From positions 1-64,000 of the forward strand of contig JAPEUD010000055.1 in the NCBI GenBank assembly GCA_026026165.1: a stretch of DNA of 64,000 bases. Reading direction: 5' to 3'. The notes under the pieces are model-generated. The model did no database searches. It had not been told where the DNA came from and saw nothing but the letters and a program-made list of their open reading frames with translations. Source of the DNA: Sarea resinae (taxonomy: Eukaryota). Position numbers and translations under genes: made by a program. This document shows positions 39,877 to 52,997 of this stretch, piece after piece (within the stretch, counting starts at the first letter, position 1; each line of letters opens with the position of its first letter).

Positions 39877-41568
39877 ATGTCTTCGACGACCACCGCGCAC
39901 GAGAAGGGAGGAGGAGACGGGGACAGACGGCCGTCAGTAGAGATGAAGGACTCCGTCGCAAGACCAGACGAGAGGACAAAACACTCGTCGCCGTCCTCTT
40001 CCACGACGCATCCGACTGATCTATCCGAGAAGGCGTCCGACGACGAGCTGAAACGGTCGGAAGACGTCGAAGATGCAGGCTCGAGAGGACCAGAAGATGA
40101 AGAGGATGCTCGATCAGCAGACGGGCCAGCGACGACCAAATCCGGTCGCCCACCGATCTCTCTCTTGCGCGAGGTCTTCTTGGTGGCAATCATCACCATG
40201 GCCCAGTTGATGACCCAAGCAGCCCTAGGAAACACGGTCGCACCAACCCATATCATCTCGAAATCCTTCGACACCAAGTCCGCCGGCGAGCTGAGCTGGT
40301 ACATGGCCGGCTACAGTTTGACCGTGGGCACCTTCATCTTCATCGCCGGCCGTCTGGGCGACATGTACGGCCACAAGTTGATGTTTGTCGGCGGATTTTC
40401 CTGGTTTGCGCTGTGGTCGATGATCGCTGGCCTCAGCGTCTACACCCACAATCAGATCTTCTTCGACGTCTGCCGTGCCTTTCAGGGGATCGGCCCTGCC
40501 TTTGTGCTGCCCAACGGCATCGCCGTCCTCGGCCGACTCTATCCTCAGGGCACCCGGAAGAACATGGTCTTCAGCATCTTTGGTGCCTCCGCCCCGGGAG
40601 GATTCGTCATCGGCGCCGCGTTCGGCAGCATCTTCGCCCAATTGACCTGGTGGCCATGGGCCTTCTGGTGCTTGACCCTGGTGTGCGCACTCATCGCCGG
40701 TCTGGCCGTCATCGTCATCCCCACGGCCGAAAAACCACCCGCGGACCACCCCGTGCAAAAGTTCGATTTCATCGGATCAGTCTTGGGTGTCGGCGGCATG
40801 GTCCTCATCAACGTCGCCTGGAACCAAGGCCCGATCGTAGGCTGGCAGACCCCCTACACCTACATTCTCCTGATCATCGGCATCCTCCTCCTGGTGGCGT
40901 TTAGCTTCGCCGAGCGACGCGTTGCGCAGCCACTTCTGCCCATGGAGGCGCTCAACAGCCACTCGCTCTTCGTGCTGGCGTGCGTGGCGGCGGGCTGGTC
41001 GAGTTTCGGCATCTGGCTGTACTACACCTGGCAGTTTCTCGAGCTCATCCGCGGCAGCAGCCCCCTCCTCGCGACGGCGCAATTCGGCCCGGCGCCCCCA
41101 TCGGGACTCGCTGCCGCACTTACCTCGGGGTACATCATGCACCGGGTCAAGACATCGTGGGTGATGCTCGGCGCCCTGACAGCCTTCATGGTGGGCGACA
41201 TCCTCATGGCCACGGCGCCCGCGGGGCAGACGTACTGGGTGCAGACGTTTGTGGCGCTGCTCATCATCCCGTGGGGCATGGACATGAGTTTCCCGGCCTC
41301 GACGCTCGTGCTCAGCAACACGATGCCGCACCAGCACCAGGGCATGGCCGCCTCGCTCGTCACCACCATCATCAACTACTCCATGTCCATTGGCCTCGGC
41401 ATCGCCGGCACCGTCGAGATGCAGATCAACAAGTCCGGCACCGAGATGCTCAAGGGCTACCGCGCCGCTTGGTACACGGCCATTGGCCTCAGCGGGCTGG
41501 GCGTCGCGATTGCCGCTTTGTTCGTCTATCAGAGTTACACGAAACACGGCAACGTGCAGCATACTTAG
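39877..41568 (+). CDS. MFS drug:H+ antiporter, DHA2/ATR1-like, intronless
   Basis: Many hydrophobic segments; SWYMAGYSLTVGTFIFIAGRLGDMYGHK (motif A), CRAFQGIGPA, FGASAPGG, WGMDMSFPAS, HQGMAASLV. Confidence 0.92.
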   Translation: MSSTTTAHEKGGGDGDRRPSVEMKDSVARPDERTKHSSPSSSTTHPTDLSEKASDDELKRSEDVEDAGSRGPEDEEDARSADGPATTKSGRPPISLLREVFLVAIITMAQLMTQAALGNTVAPTHIISKSFDTKSAGELSWYMAGYSLTVGTFIFIAGRLGDMYGHKLMFVGGFSWFALWSMIAGLSVYTHNQIFFDVCRAFQGIGPAFVLPNGIAVLGRLYPQGTRKNMVFSIFGASAPGGFVIGAAFGSIFAQLTWWPWAFWCLTLVCALIAGLAVIVIPTAEKPPADHPVQKFDFIGSVLGVGGMVLINVAWNQGPIVGWQTPYTYILLIIGILLLVAFSFAERRVAQPLLPMEALNSHSLFVLACVAAGWSSFGIWLYYTWQFLELIRGSSPLLATAQFGPAPPSGLAAALTSGYIMHRVKTSWVMLGALTAFMVGDILMATAPAGQTYWVQTFVALLIIPWGMDMSFPASTLVLSNTMPHQHQGMAASLVTTIINYSMSIGLGIAGTVEMQINKSGTEMLKGYRAAWYTAIGLSGLGVAIAALFVYQSYTKHGNVQHT

Positions 41569-41842
41569 ATAATAGATGACAACAAGTTTTTCATTCGCAG
41601 TGATACTCGAAGCAAGAAGTGGTGGTGGCGGTGGCGGTGGCGGCAGCGGTGGGAAAGTGAGGAGCTATTCCGTTTAGTAACGCTTCTTGTACTTGCTTCT
41701 TAGGGCCTGTTGAGGGACGGAGCAGGCCGGGTCTTGCATCACTGCCGGCGTTTTTTTCATTTTCTTTTTTCTTTCTTTTTTTTTCCCCCCCTTTTCAACG
41801 GAGCCGGAAAATCTTTGGTGCTTTAAGCTAGACATACCCCCA

Positions 41843-41844
<2 letters not shown>

Positions 41845-41875
<31 letters not shown>

Positions 41876-42279
41876 AATTTCCCCCTATATTCAAGCAATG
41901 GATGGGCGGGGGGTTGATGACGCAGACGCGCGCTTATGGGAATGAAGACTACCTTACCTATTAGAAAGAAATATCGGGTTAGAAGGGTTGTTTTAATCGA
42001 TGAGATTTATTACTAGTAGTAATGTTAGTACTATTGCTGCTAGTAATGTTAGTGCTGCTAGTGCGTATACGGATACGGATACGGATATTGATGTTGATAT
42101 TGATACTACTACTACTACTACTACTACAAGAGAGGGAGAAAGAGAGAGAGAGCGTGTGTGTGTATATGTGTGTGTTAGAAAGCGAAAAAGAGACTCCGAC
42201 ACCTAGCTGGAGGGAGGGAGGTAGGTTTTTTCAGTAGACGGAAGAGCTAAGTAGGAGGTAGGAGGTAGGAGGCTTGTTT

Positions 42280-42318
<39 letters not shown>

Positions 42319-42535
42319 CTTTTAGTCATTATAGTTGTTGTTTGCCCAACGATCGGCAATGGTTTGGGTTTGGGGTTGAGAAGGATAAGGAGAATATATC
42401 TTCTTTCCTCTGATGTAAAATTCTGAAGGGGGGGGGGGGGGGGGGGGGCTATATTGTTGTTTTATTATTTTACTACTATTAAGAGTGGGAGTGAGAGGGA
42501 GAGTGAGAGGGAGAGGGAGAGGGAGAGGGAGAGTG
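41845..42535. repeat. Microsatellite cluster between convergent genes: (AAAG)n, (TAC)n, (AG)n, (AGT)n, poly-G, (GAGAGG)n
   Basis: Read directly, e.g. (AGT)n at 42281-42318 and a G run at 42428-42448. Confidence 0.9.
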
Positions 42536-42592
42536 AGGCGTGTCCCTCGTCCTCGACGGCCACGAAAAAACACGCACTTCAACAAGACACAC

Positions 42593-44819
42593 CTACCCAG
42601 CAACCGGCCCCACACTAACCCGTTCGCGTCTCCTCAACCCCTCCTCCCGCACCCCCCTCACCCTCTCCCTCTCCCCCCTCCTCCTCGCCCTCTCGATCTT
42701 CCCAAAGCGGCCGCGCGCGCCGAACTTCAGCTTCGTGATCATATCGGCCGCGGCGCCCTTGGTCAGCCGCTCGGCCGTCAGCGGGTCATGCATCGGCCGG
42801 AAGTTGTTCAGGTATGCGAGCTGGTTCTCGGACGCCGGGGTCGTGCGCCACGGCTGCGAGGCGTGGATCATGTGCCGCGCGAAGGTGGACGAGGCGTATG
42901 TGTCGGCGGCGTGGATGGCGTCGGGGAGGGTCGGGGCGGTGGCGATTTCGCGCGGGCGGGCGTACGGGGCTTTGGGGGTTTTTTTGTGGGGTGTGGGGGA
43001 GGAGGGGGATGGGGAGGGGAGAGGGGCGAGTTTGGTGGTGTGCCGGATTGAGTAGAGTGGTGGGCTGGTGTCTGAGGAGGTGGAAGAGGTAGAGGAGAAG
43101 GAGGAAGAGGGGGATGGAGATTTCTCGAGCGTGAGGTAGTCGCCGCTTTGTACGGGGAGGATGAAGCGTGAGGGCGAGACCTGGACCCAGGCGAGCGGGC
43201 TGAGGGCTCGGATGTGTCGCTCGCCTGACGTGTCTTCGATGAGGTCGAAGACGGAGTCGTAGTCGGTAAAGGTCACGTTGGAATTCAGCGCGTTTGCTAA
43301 TCCAGGGGCACTCTGGTCGGCGGGTCGGACGTCTGACGCTTCAGATGATTCGGCGCTGGCCGCGGCGGCGGCGGCGGCAGCAGCAGCAGCAGCAGCAGCA
43401 GCGTTTTCGTCGCGCACCCTTTCTTGCTCTTTTCGCTCCTGCAGCGATTTGAGATCTTTGACGTTCGCCTTATCGACCATTTCGCTCGGGTCGAGGCCGA
43501 ATAGCGTCGGCGTGGTGATGATGCCCGTCGCGAGCGAGGCGACCATGTCGATGATGTGGCAGTTCTGCTTTCCGGGGTGCAGGCGCATGCCGCGGCCGAT
43601 CATCTGCACCAAGAGGTTGCGGGACCGCGTGGGTCGGGCGAGCAACACGCAGTCGATGTTCGGGATATCCGTGCCCTCGGTGAAGACGCCACAGTTCAGG
43701 AGGACGGGGTACTTGCCGGCCCGGAAGTCGTCCAGACGGTCAGCTCGGGTCTGCTTGGGGGTGTCTCCGGTGACGAAGCGCGCGTCGATGCCGTGCTTCC
43801 GGAAAGCGGCTGTGAGTCCAGATACATGAGCGAGGTCGACGCAGAAGACGATGGTCGATTTCCTCTCCCCCGCCCGGGCGAGCCATGATCGGACGGTGAT
43901 TTCGTTGGTTTGCTCGGTGTTGATTGCTCTGGATAGATCTCCTGATTGGAAATCCCCGTTGATCCCCTTTTTCACTCTCGAAATGTCTGCTTGCGACTGC
44001 ACAGTGGTGAAGATGACGTCCGCCAGCCATTTTTCTCCTATCATGTCAACGTAGTCCTTGTGGTATACGATATGATCAATCGCAGCTCCAAGACGGAGTC
44101 CATCAAACCTCGACATTGTGGCGGAGACACCCACCAGAGCCGGGGACTTTTCGGTAGGGCTCAGCAATCCGAAATGGCCCAAAGTATCCATGTAACCCGG
44201 CGCGACAATGTGATGGGCTTCGTCGACGAGCACGAGCTTGAAGCGACTGGGGTCAAACTTGCTGATTCGGTTTCCGGACACTATGCTGCGCACTGAAGCA
44301 ATCGTGATATCGGCCTTCCCGGACGCATGGCTGTTTCCCATCTCGATCTCCACCAATTTTGATGGATAGGCATTGATGCAATGGCGGGCGGCTTGCTCGA
44401 CCAGCTCTCGCCGGTGCACGAGGATGAGCGTTTGAGTTGCATGCCGGGTAGGTGGAGTAATGCGATCGATGAGCTGGGTGAAGATGACCTAGAAGAATGC
44501 AATCAGCAAGCAATGACACAATCTGAGCTGGCTCCCACTAACGTACGGTTTTGCCACTCCCCGTCGCCAAAGATATCCCCAATCGTTTACGACCTTGCTT
44601 CAGTGACGAAATCACCGATTGAATGCACTCCTCTTGATATTCTCGGAGTCGGATTCCCGCGGGCGGGTTCAACGGCTTCTCTCCCAAGCTGGAGACCGGC
44701 GACGCTGTTGATGCAGCAGCTAAGTTTCGCCATGCTGCTGGCTGGCGCAAGGATGACCTAACCAGTGGCGGATTGAGAAGGCCATACGCAGGTCGCTGTA
44801 CCCTCCATGGAATTCTCAT
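42593..44819 (-). CDS. IRC3: Mitochondrial SF2 DEAH-box DNA helicase Irc3; exons 44819-44547, 44488-42593
   Basis: Arg-rich N-terminus, [52 protein letters not shown]-terminal [15 protein letters not shown]. Confidence 0.92.
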
Positions 44820-45210
44820 GAGGATGACGACCGGGTCCGGGTATGAAAAAGCATGCCTCGAAAACCGATACGCTCACAGGATTTCTGTAGATCCCAAGAT
44901 CCAAGGTCCTATCGCGCGTAAAGGGCAGCGTGAGGTGCATTTTAGACGCGATAGGCGCCTTTGCGATTTAGCGCCCAAACGATTCGATCGACCATGAGTT
45001 GCTGGACCGTGATCGAGAAGGAAAGTTGTAGCTTTCCCCACGGCAGACATGCTCATGACGCTGACTACAGCTACACCCAGCGCGCCCAGCATCACTACAA
45101 TCTAATCAACATGCACGCTCCCTTGACTCGTCTTGCGTATCAAAAGGCTCTAGACTGTCTCTTCTTGCAACCAGTAGGCGTAGTCTTGATCTTACCTACG
45201 TGAAGGAATC

Positions 45211-47556
45211 ATGGCATCCACTGCAGAAGCTACCCCGATAGAATCTGATATTGAGCATGCACCGTCAGATGCTTCATCAGGCAGCCCGCAAGATTATGTG
45301 TCTTTCTCCGAACGGGAAGAAAACGGCGGCGAGGAATCGCGTCCAGACGCATTGGAGACGGCAGCCAGCGCGTCTTCATCTCTCGCGCGAAGAACTTCAA
45401 AGCGAAACCAAGAAAGCAACAGATCCAGAAGGTTACGGAAATGCTACTCGGACGGCTACCGGAAGTTGCTGAACGCTGCCATTGAAGATGTTCTTTCGAA
45501 GGATAGTCCCTCTAGCAATTCCCGTCTACAGAAGAGTCAGATTGGCATTACGACATGGACGTCTGAAGAAAAGAGTTTGTTGTTTAATGCTTTGGCAAAG
45601 ATGGGGCGTGCCAATATTCGCGGTATTGCTACTGCCGTTCGTACGAAATCAGAGGTCGAAGTTCGTATCTATCTTCAACTGCTACGTTCGGGCATTGAAG
45701 AGATACAATTATCTCAGCCAAAGGTGTCGTTACTGAGGATGACCGCCCTTCCTTTTGCTCACGAACTGAGCGACGAGTGTGTCTCTGCTCTCGACTCGGC
45801 AGCGGAGGCATTAAGCATGCGGCAAGAGAATGCCGAAATCAAGCAGGAGAAGGAGAAATGGGGTGACTCGTGGCTCCTGACCCGCGAGAATGCGAGCTTG
45901 TTTTCAACGGGAGATGGGGCTTTGGAAGGCGGAGAGAATGTGGCTGAGGGCGTATTGGCTGCAGCAACGTTTTTCAAGTTGGAATCATTCCTGGAGCTGT
46001 CAGAGCGTATATACATGAGTCCCGCGGCGACGAACGGAGAATGTTGGCAAGATCTCGTCGAAGGCGATGAGACTCCATCAATCCGTGCTACGGCTCTAGG
46101 CGACTTCTACACGCTTGCTGTGGACGCCATGAAGCAATTGATCCAGACGTCTACACTGATTGCCCAGTCGAGACTCAGGGCCACGGATACCGTCCATAGT
46201 TCCTTGCGTCATCCGCCTGTCGTCAAAGGCAGAGATGTTGCAGCCGCTGTTAAGATTCTTGGCATGAAACCCCATTCGAATGCCTACTGGGCTGGGGTCC
46301 CCCGGAGATGCGGATTGCATGTCTATGATAAATCGTCTGCTTTTCGGGCAGATGGTAATGTCAAGAGTCCTCTTCCTTATGACGAAGTCGAAGAAAGACT
46401 TGGCGGTGGACATGACCTGGCTGAACGGATGACAATTTTGAGGGACTCCGGCGCGAAAGCCAACAAAGCCCAACTAAGAAGCGCAACTCAAGGCGGAACC
46501 GAAGAACAGCAGGACGCGGAGAGTCGTCGCTCATCATTAGAAGACGCGGAAATGACTGGCTACACATCAGGCGGCGAAGCTATCGAATCTGCAGAGACCC
46601 CCACCAGTGCCGCCGAGGCAACGTCCTCGGAGAATGAATCTAACGCCAGCTCTATGGACCTGGAAGGCTTCCAAACCTACACTTCCATCGCACGCAAAAA
46701 CCAACGACTCCGCCTCCAGTTTGAGCGTGACGAGGACGAATACGCGGAAGCCGTCGATAAGCACTCCAGTCTCCTCGAAGAAAAGCAGCTTTGGGCTATG
46801 CTCGACGAAGAGCCACCTCCGGATCTGACTCGCCGTCTGCGCAATACAGAAATACCACACGCTCCTAACTATCGTCGGAGAGACTCGGAGGATCTAGTGG
46901 ACTGGATGGACCGAACCGACTTCTGCAGTGAGTGGGAGCTTGCGAATGGGCCCCTGCGCCGTGAAGACCTTGGGTGTGATATTGGGATCTCAGAGACTGG
47001 AATGGGAGTTACAGACCATAAGCCAGTAAAGCAGCAACTCGTTCTCGACGATTCAGAAACATCCGACAACATCAACGAGGACGAAGACGACGTCCAGGTC
47101 GCCAGTCTTTCTCACTCGCCGAAAAGGGCCCGAAAGAGGCGCAAAGTGCGCAAAGAAGAACTGGAAAGCAAAGACGAAAACGATGCTGACGACGCTGAAG
47201 ACGCGGAAGACGCCGACGACGAAGATATCAGCACCACAGCCACGCCCCAGCTCGGAACGCCACCCCCGCCCCGGCGTTCCCACCGTTCTCGCTCCCGTCC
47301 CTCACATCTCCAAGACATGGTCCCTCTAGGCCAGGTCTCCCCACACGACAGCGATAGCGATAACCACGCCGGGCGCGCTGACGGCCATTCCGACCACGAT
47401 CGCAGCGCCGCTGCCAGGCCTGCAACGCGCCACACCAGTGGCTCTGACAGCGAAGGTAGCGTCTCCGCCTTCGAGGGAAGCGTTGGGGGCTCTACGGATG
47501 CCGAGGGGAGAGCCGGCGGTGGAAGAGGCCAGGTACGGAAACGGAGGCGGGCGTAA
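45211..47556 (+). CDS. RRN5: Myb/SANT-containing RNA polymerase I upstream activation factor subunit Rrn5-like protein
   Basis: 781-aa ORF; SQIGITTWTSEEKSLLFNALAKMGR...IATAVRTKSEVEVRIYLQLL Myb-like region, LELSERIYM, acidic and basic C-terminus. Confidence 0.75.
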   Translation: MASTAEATPIESDIEHAPSDASSGSPQDYVSFSEREENGGEESRPDALETAASASSSLARRTSKRNQESNRSRRLRKCYSDGYRKLLNAAIEDVLSKDSPSSNSRLQKSQIGITTWTSEEKSLLFNALAKMGRANIRGIATAVRTKSEVEVRIYLQLLRSGIEEIQLSQPKVSLLRMTALPFAHELSDECVSALDSAAEALSMRQENAEIKQEKEKWGDSWLLTRENASLFSTGDGALEGGENVAEGVLAAATFFKLESFLELSERIYMSPAATNGECWQDLVEGDETPSIRATALGDFYTLAVDAMKQLIQTSTLIAQSRLRATDTVHSSLRHPPVVKGRDVAAAVKILGMKPHSNAYWAGVPRRCGLHVYDKSSAFRADGNVKSPLPYDEVEERLGGGHDLAERMTILRDSGAKANKAQLRSATQGGTEEQQDAESRRSSLEDAEMTGYTSGGEAIESAETPTSAAEATSSENESNASSMDLEGFQTYTSIARKNQRLRLQFERDEDEYAEAVDKHSSLLEEKQLWAMLDEEPPPDLTRRLRNTEIPHAPNYRRRDSEDLVDWMDRTDFCSEWELANGPLRREDLGCDIGISETGMGVTDHKPVKQQLVLDDSETSDNINEDEDDVQVASLSHSPKRARKRRKVRKEELESKDENDADDAEDAEDADDEDISTTATPQLGTPPPPRRSHRSRSRPSHLQDMVPLGQVSPHDSDSDNHAGRADGHSDHDRSAAARPATRHTSGSDSEGSVSAFEGSVGGSTDAEGRAGGGRGQVRKRRRA

Positions 47557-47809
47557 TGGCCTTGGGAGAGGCCAGCGTAATGACAGCGGGAGAGGCCCAT
47601 GACGGCTTGAGTATTGCTCGCCCGGCCGAAAAGTTCGATGGTTGATTAGGTGCAGACGCTCAAAACCGTTCCAACTCCTTATCTAATTTTAACCCAACAT
47701 CCGCTAGCTGTTATTCAATTGCATACCTACATATTACATTAATCCCTCCCTATCTGAACTGCCTTGCTCGCTGAAAGATACGTTCTATATGTGAATTCCT
47801 ATGCCCTAC

Positions 47810-47861
47810 ACTTACATTCATCTTCACCTTCACATTCACATTCACATTCACATTCACATTC
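47810..47861. repeat. (CACATT)n microsatellite between convergent RRN5 and RSC8
   Basis: Seen directly. Confidence 0.85.
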
Positions 47862-48577
47862 AGCCATATCCCCAACCCAAGTTTTCAATCCACACGTAAA
47901 AAAAGTCCCATAGAAGAAGGGGCGCCTCCCGGTCTCGAACAAACCCGCCAGACTGGCAGATGAGACATCCCTGACAATTGAAGACGAAGGAAGATATCTT
48001 GGGGCACACCCCAACTAGAGCTCTGGCATCCCCCGACAGTCAGAGCCAATTACAATCTACGCGGTAACGAGGCTACGGGCCAAAATCGACACACTTCACC
48101 CAGGGAGTACATAGAGTAATCATAATATCAAGCACCCTAAGATAATGGAAACAGCAATACCTAGAGTTACACACCAGCAACAAGATCTGCCTTCTCTAAC
48201 AGCAAGAGTGATAGATAGAAACAAGAGCAACCAGAGAAAAGAAGGGGAAAAAAAAGAAAAAAAAAAGAGACACGATACGACACGATCGAAAAAGAGAAAC
48301 GTGAAAGACGGGGAAAAAAGGGGAGCCCCATCCCCTTCTCCCACGCGACCGACCCCCATATCACATCCCCAAAGTGACGCCTGCACCCCTTCGACTTGGT
48401 CTTTAGTGGATCAGCTCTGCGCTCTCCGCTGCACAGCACAGCATAGCACAGACCCCCAAGACCATCTCTGCTCTAGTGTGAGACCGTACTAGCATTCCTG
48501 TTTCCATCCCCGTGCAATTGCATCAATGGCTTTTTGCCTCCTATTGGCTTACCGCATATCCAACGATATCTGGGGAC

Positions 48578-50998
48578 TCAGATCTCGAGAGTGCGATACC
48601 CAGGCGTCTCCGCGCTTAGCGGCTTAGCATCCTTCTCGCCCTCTTCGCCATCTACGTCGCCGCTCTCAAACACTAAGCTCTGGCCCCCTTTTGCATTCGC
48701 AACCTCTTCAGCCATCCTCGCGCCTTCTTCGCCGCCACTTAGACTAGCAGCCTTGAGCCCCTCCTGCACCTCCCGAACCCTCTTCTTGAATGCCAACCGA
48801 TCGAGGAAAAGCTGCTGCCGGCCCCGCTCCAGCTCGCGTCGCTCAGACTGCAGGATTGCTTCCATTTCGGAGAACTGGCGCAATTTGAGCTCGAACTTCT
48901 GGAGGGTTGTGTTGACGGCCGCGGACACAAGACGCGTCATTTCTCGTTCTTCGTGAGAGACAAGAGCGCCAGCCCTGATGCCGGCGAGAGCGAGAGCAGC
49001 AGCAGAGGCAGGGTCGGTGGATTGGGAATGTGATTGTGCGGAGTTGGTGGCGACTTGTTGGTCTTGCTGAGATGGTTCGGATTCCTGTTGAGGTTGTGAT
49101 TGCTCTGCGCTGTCCACGTCCATCGAGTCCTCGTGCTTCATGCCTTCCTTCTCCTTGCCCTTTTCCTGATCTTTCTCCGAGCTCTCAGCCGTCCCAGAAG
49201 CTGCACGTGCATGGTCGACCTGTTTGTGAAGACCCTCTTGGAGATCCTTGCGGGACTTCTTCACTGCGGCAGCAGCAGCATCTGGAGAGCTGAGACCGCC
49301 GAGAAAGCCAATGACAGACATTACAGGGTTATCAGCCTGAGTGAAGGGAACCTTGCCCGTAAGCGTGCCAAAAGTGTCGGAGCCATCACCAGCGGATTCA
49401 CCATTGCGGTAGATATCGTCGATCTCCGCCGACAGGAACTTGAGGAAGCACTGCTCCCGCGTACGAGTACCGACGTGGTCGGCAATAGAGCCCCAATTAT
49501 CGTCGAAGAGCTCTAGACCCTCAGTCAAAAGCAGCAGCTCCGCATCTGTCCATGGGGCGTCTCGGTCGGGAATGGCAGAATAGAAAGGATCTTCCAGCTT
49601 GACAAAATCGACCGCATGGCTAGTGCCAGGGAATCGTCCTTCCACGAAGCAATTCGGGCAGAGGTCATACTTCAACTTTGCGGCTGCTGAGCCTGTTGTG
49701 GCGACCGCAGAAGGCGGAGTTTTGGCGGAATGGTAGCGAACACGTGTGCAGTCTACACCACAGGTATAGCAATGGAATTGCTTCTTGGGCTCCTTCATCA
49801 GTTCCTCCAATGACTTGGTACCTGCCTCTCCAGAGACTGGTGTTCCATTGGTGGTGGATTCCCCATTGGCTTGCTTTTCCTTCGTCCTTGGCGATGAGAT
49901 ATCCTTCCCTTGTTGGTCGTAAATGTTGCGTCGAATCTCGAGGTTGAGATCGGCTTTGGTAACAGGAGTGGCGGAGGCTGCGCGATCTGTTGCTGCGAAT
50001 GGCTTGCCCGATGTAATGACGGGATTCGGCGTAGGCTGGAAAGGCTGTAGACCTCGAGGAGTATCGGCAGTGACGCGGAAGTGGCCTGTGAAAGGGGGCC
50101 CAATACTTGATGGCCGCGTATCTGGGTCGACCTGAATGAAGAGTTAGTATAGTAAGCAAATCTTAGACGTCATCTTTCAGTACCTGGTAGTTGATCAAAC
50201 CCCACTGTTCCAAAAAGGAGTGCACTCTCATGATTGCGCAGACATCTCCTGCAAGATTCCGTCGGCATGCAGTGACCGTAAGGTACTCGGCAGGATTCAG
50301 TCGGTAAGTATTGACCATGAAGTCTCTATAGTCCTTGTAAACCGCAGCAGTCTTACTCCGATTTCGGTTGTTGAAAAATTCTGGAAGTGCTTTCTTCTCC
50401 AACGTATGTATGTTGTGCATATCGAACCAGGTGCTATAGCTCGGAAGGATGATGGCATGAGTCTGCGATATAAGATGAGATCGCGCAGAGGACTCAAGAG
50501 CAGCTTTCGTCTGCGCAGGTTGTCCATCTGCCGCTGTCTCCTCAGCTGCAGCCTGTCCTTCGCCACCGTTTTTCTCCGCATTCCCGTTCTCCTTTCCCGT
50601 CTCAGTCGTACCCATCTCTGCATCATGCGGTCCAGTGCCCTTTTCATCTTGGGGTCGCGGTGCCTCTGGTGCATCTAATGGATTGTCGGACGCTGGAGCT
50701 GGCGTTGAGGATGATCCTGGTGGAAGATTATTGGTACCCGATGCGGCCGCATTGTCTATGGCTTCTGTCATCGACACGTCTGCGCCGGAACAGATAAAGC
50801 GTCAGCTTCGTGAGCAATGGGGTAACTAATTGCTTAGGTATCGAAATCAAACATAGACCTACCTCCTTCATCGGCTGTTGGCGTCGCATCTTGAACGCTT
50901 GGACTAGTGGCAGCCGTATTTTGGAGATGGGATTGTTGAAGCTGAGGATTCGGGGTCCCGGTGGCAGGGGAGTCGCCAGGATTAAGTGAGTCGTCCAT
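48578..50998 (-). CDS. RSC8: SWIRM-ZZ-SANT core subunit of RSC/SWI-SNF (Rsc8/Swi3/Ssr2); exons 50998-50863, 50779-50184, 50131-48578
   Basis: [16 protein letters not shown]...[19 protein letters not shown] finger CYTCGVDC...[18 protein letters not shown]-terminal coiled coil. Confidence 0.92.
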
Positions 50999-51760
50999 GT
51001 TGTATGAGACCAGGTGGCCGACCGATCGAAAGGAGGGGAGTGAAGGATGGCGCAATCCTCAATGCGCAAAGGCCCCAGGCGAGTAGAGAAGATGCTTGTT
51101 GATCCACGTTGCGATGGGACCAAGACCAGACCAAGTAGCCCACCGTTCTTGCAACGCGATATTGAGCTTGCACGCCAGGCAAAGACGCGAATCGAGGGCA
51201 GAGACTCCAAGTAGAACGAGGTGATATTGGCGACGATAGGGACGATATTGAAATGCAAAGCCCCGTTGTTCTGATGAGGGGTGAATGTTGCAATGCTGGA
51301 GTGTGAAGAGTTCATTCGCCGGAGCAATTGATTATCGCGTTCTGACGGCACGTCGCAAACGAAACGGGAAGCAACGATGAATAAGCAATTATGTAATATG
51401 TCAGAGAGTACCGCAGTACTTCGTGCGGCTCTGCCAGACCGAGGGTCGTCGATCGATTTCATCGCCTTCCCCACCAAATCCAAAGCCGTCCCGAGGTATC
51501 TCCATCTCCCATGCCCTCTCCGCCTCCGCCCTCGGCAGTTGTTCGTCATACATTTAATGATCAACAAACCCATCGGGATATTCCTACAAGAAGCCTCGTC
51601 TCTGCTCTCAATCGCTGGAGGGCTCGCGCAGGCTGGAATTCCATTTCGAGGCCTCACCAGACACCAACAAACGGACGAAACAGGCCGTCAATTGATTGCT
51701 TCACCTACTCCATAGCCATTCTGTAACACATAGCCTCGACCATCATCCCCCACCATCACC

Positions 51761-52997
51761 ATGTTCTCCGCCGCTCGAACCTCGGTCCTTCGCCAGGCCC
51801 GCTCACATCTTCAACGCTCGAGACCACTCTCAGCTCCTCACATGTCCGCTCTCGCCCGTCTTCTCTCCACATTAGCCATTCTAGAACAACGGGAAGGAAA
51901 GCTCAACAATGCATCTCTGGCCGCTGTCACGGCCGCTCAGAAGCTCGGGGGCTCAATTTCTGGTTTTGTGGCGGGTAGTGGAGTGAAGGCTGTTGCTGAA
52001 GAAGCGGCCAAGGTCGACGGAGTGGAGAAGATAATAATGGTCGAGAGTGGAGCATACGACAAGGTATGAGGCTATGAAATCTGCTCTCCCCGCCATCCAG
52101 TTAAGGAAACGCAAATACGACATTTTTTGCTTCATTTAGTAGCTCACTATGGCGGAACTTGTTTAGGGCCTTCCAGAAAACTACGCCCCTCTTCTGGTCG
52201 AGAACATCAAGAAGGGCGGCTTCACCCACGTCATCGCAGGCCACTCTGCTTTCGGCAAGAATCTGATGCCCCGAGTCGCCGCCCTACTAGACTCGCAGCA
52301 AATCTCAGATGTTACGGAAATTGAGAGCGAAGACAGTAAGTCGTTCCACTCCTTCCCTTGCCCACAGATATCCCCTCGTCCCTCTCATTGATTCCAAGAC
52401 TGACACTATTATACAGCCTTCGTCCACCCCATCTACGCCGGCAACGCAATCCTGACCGTACAATCCTCCGACCCCATCAAAATACTCACGGTCCGGGGCA
52501 CAGCTTTTGCAGCCGCGCCCATCGGTACCAACTCTGCCCCTATCGAGGACGGTGCCGACCCCGCCGCCCCCTGTCCCACAACCTGGGTTTCTGAAGACCT
52601 GGCTAAATCCGATCGTCCCGACCTCGCCACCGCAGAAAAGGTCGTGTCAGGCGGCCGTGGTCTCAAATCCAAGGAAGACTTCGACCGCCTGATGCCTCCT
52701 CTTGCTGACGCCCTAGGCGCCGCCATCGGCGCCTCCCGCGCGGCCGTGGACTCGGGGTTCGCGGATAACAGCTTGCAAGTCGGCCAGACGGGCAAGAATG
52801 TCGCACCGCAGTTGTATCTCTGTGCGGGCATCTCGGGCGCGATCCAACATCTCGCGGGCATGAAGGATAGCAAAGTGATTGCTGCGATCAACAAGGACGC
52901 CGACGCGCCGATTTTCCAGGTGGCCGATGTCGGGTTGGTAGGAGACCTGTTCGACAAGGTGCCGGAACTGACCGAGAAGTTGAACAAAGCGTCGTGA
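51761..52997 (+). CDS. AIM45: Electron transfer flavoprotein alpha subunit, mitochondrial; exons 51761-52063, 52167-52335, 52417-52997
   Basis: Presequence-like N-terminus, [47 protein letters not shown]. Confidence 0.96.

Noticed and set aside
40225..41579. Multiple overlapping ORFs within the MFS gene
   Set aside because: High GC depletes stop codons in the other frames.
50728..51657. 309-aa minus-strand ORF over the RSC8/ETF-alpha divergent promoter
   Set aside because: Non-ATG start, no domain-like content, overlaps RSC8 exons out of frame and crosses an intron.
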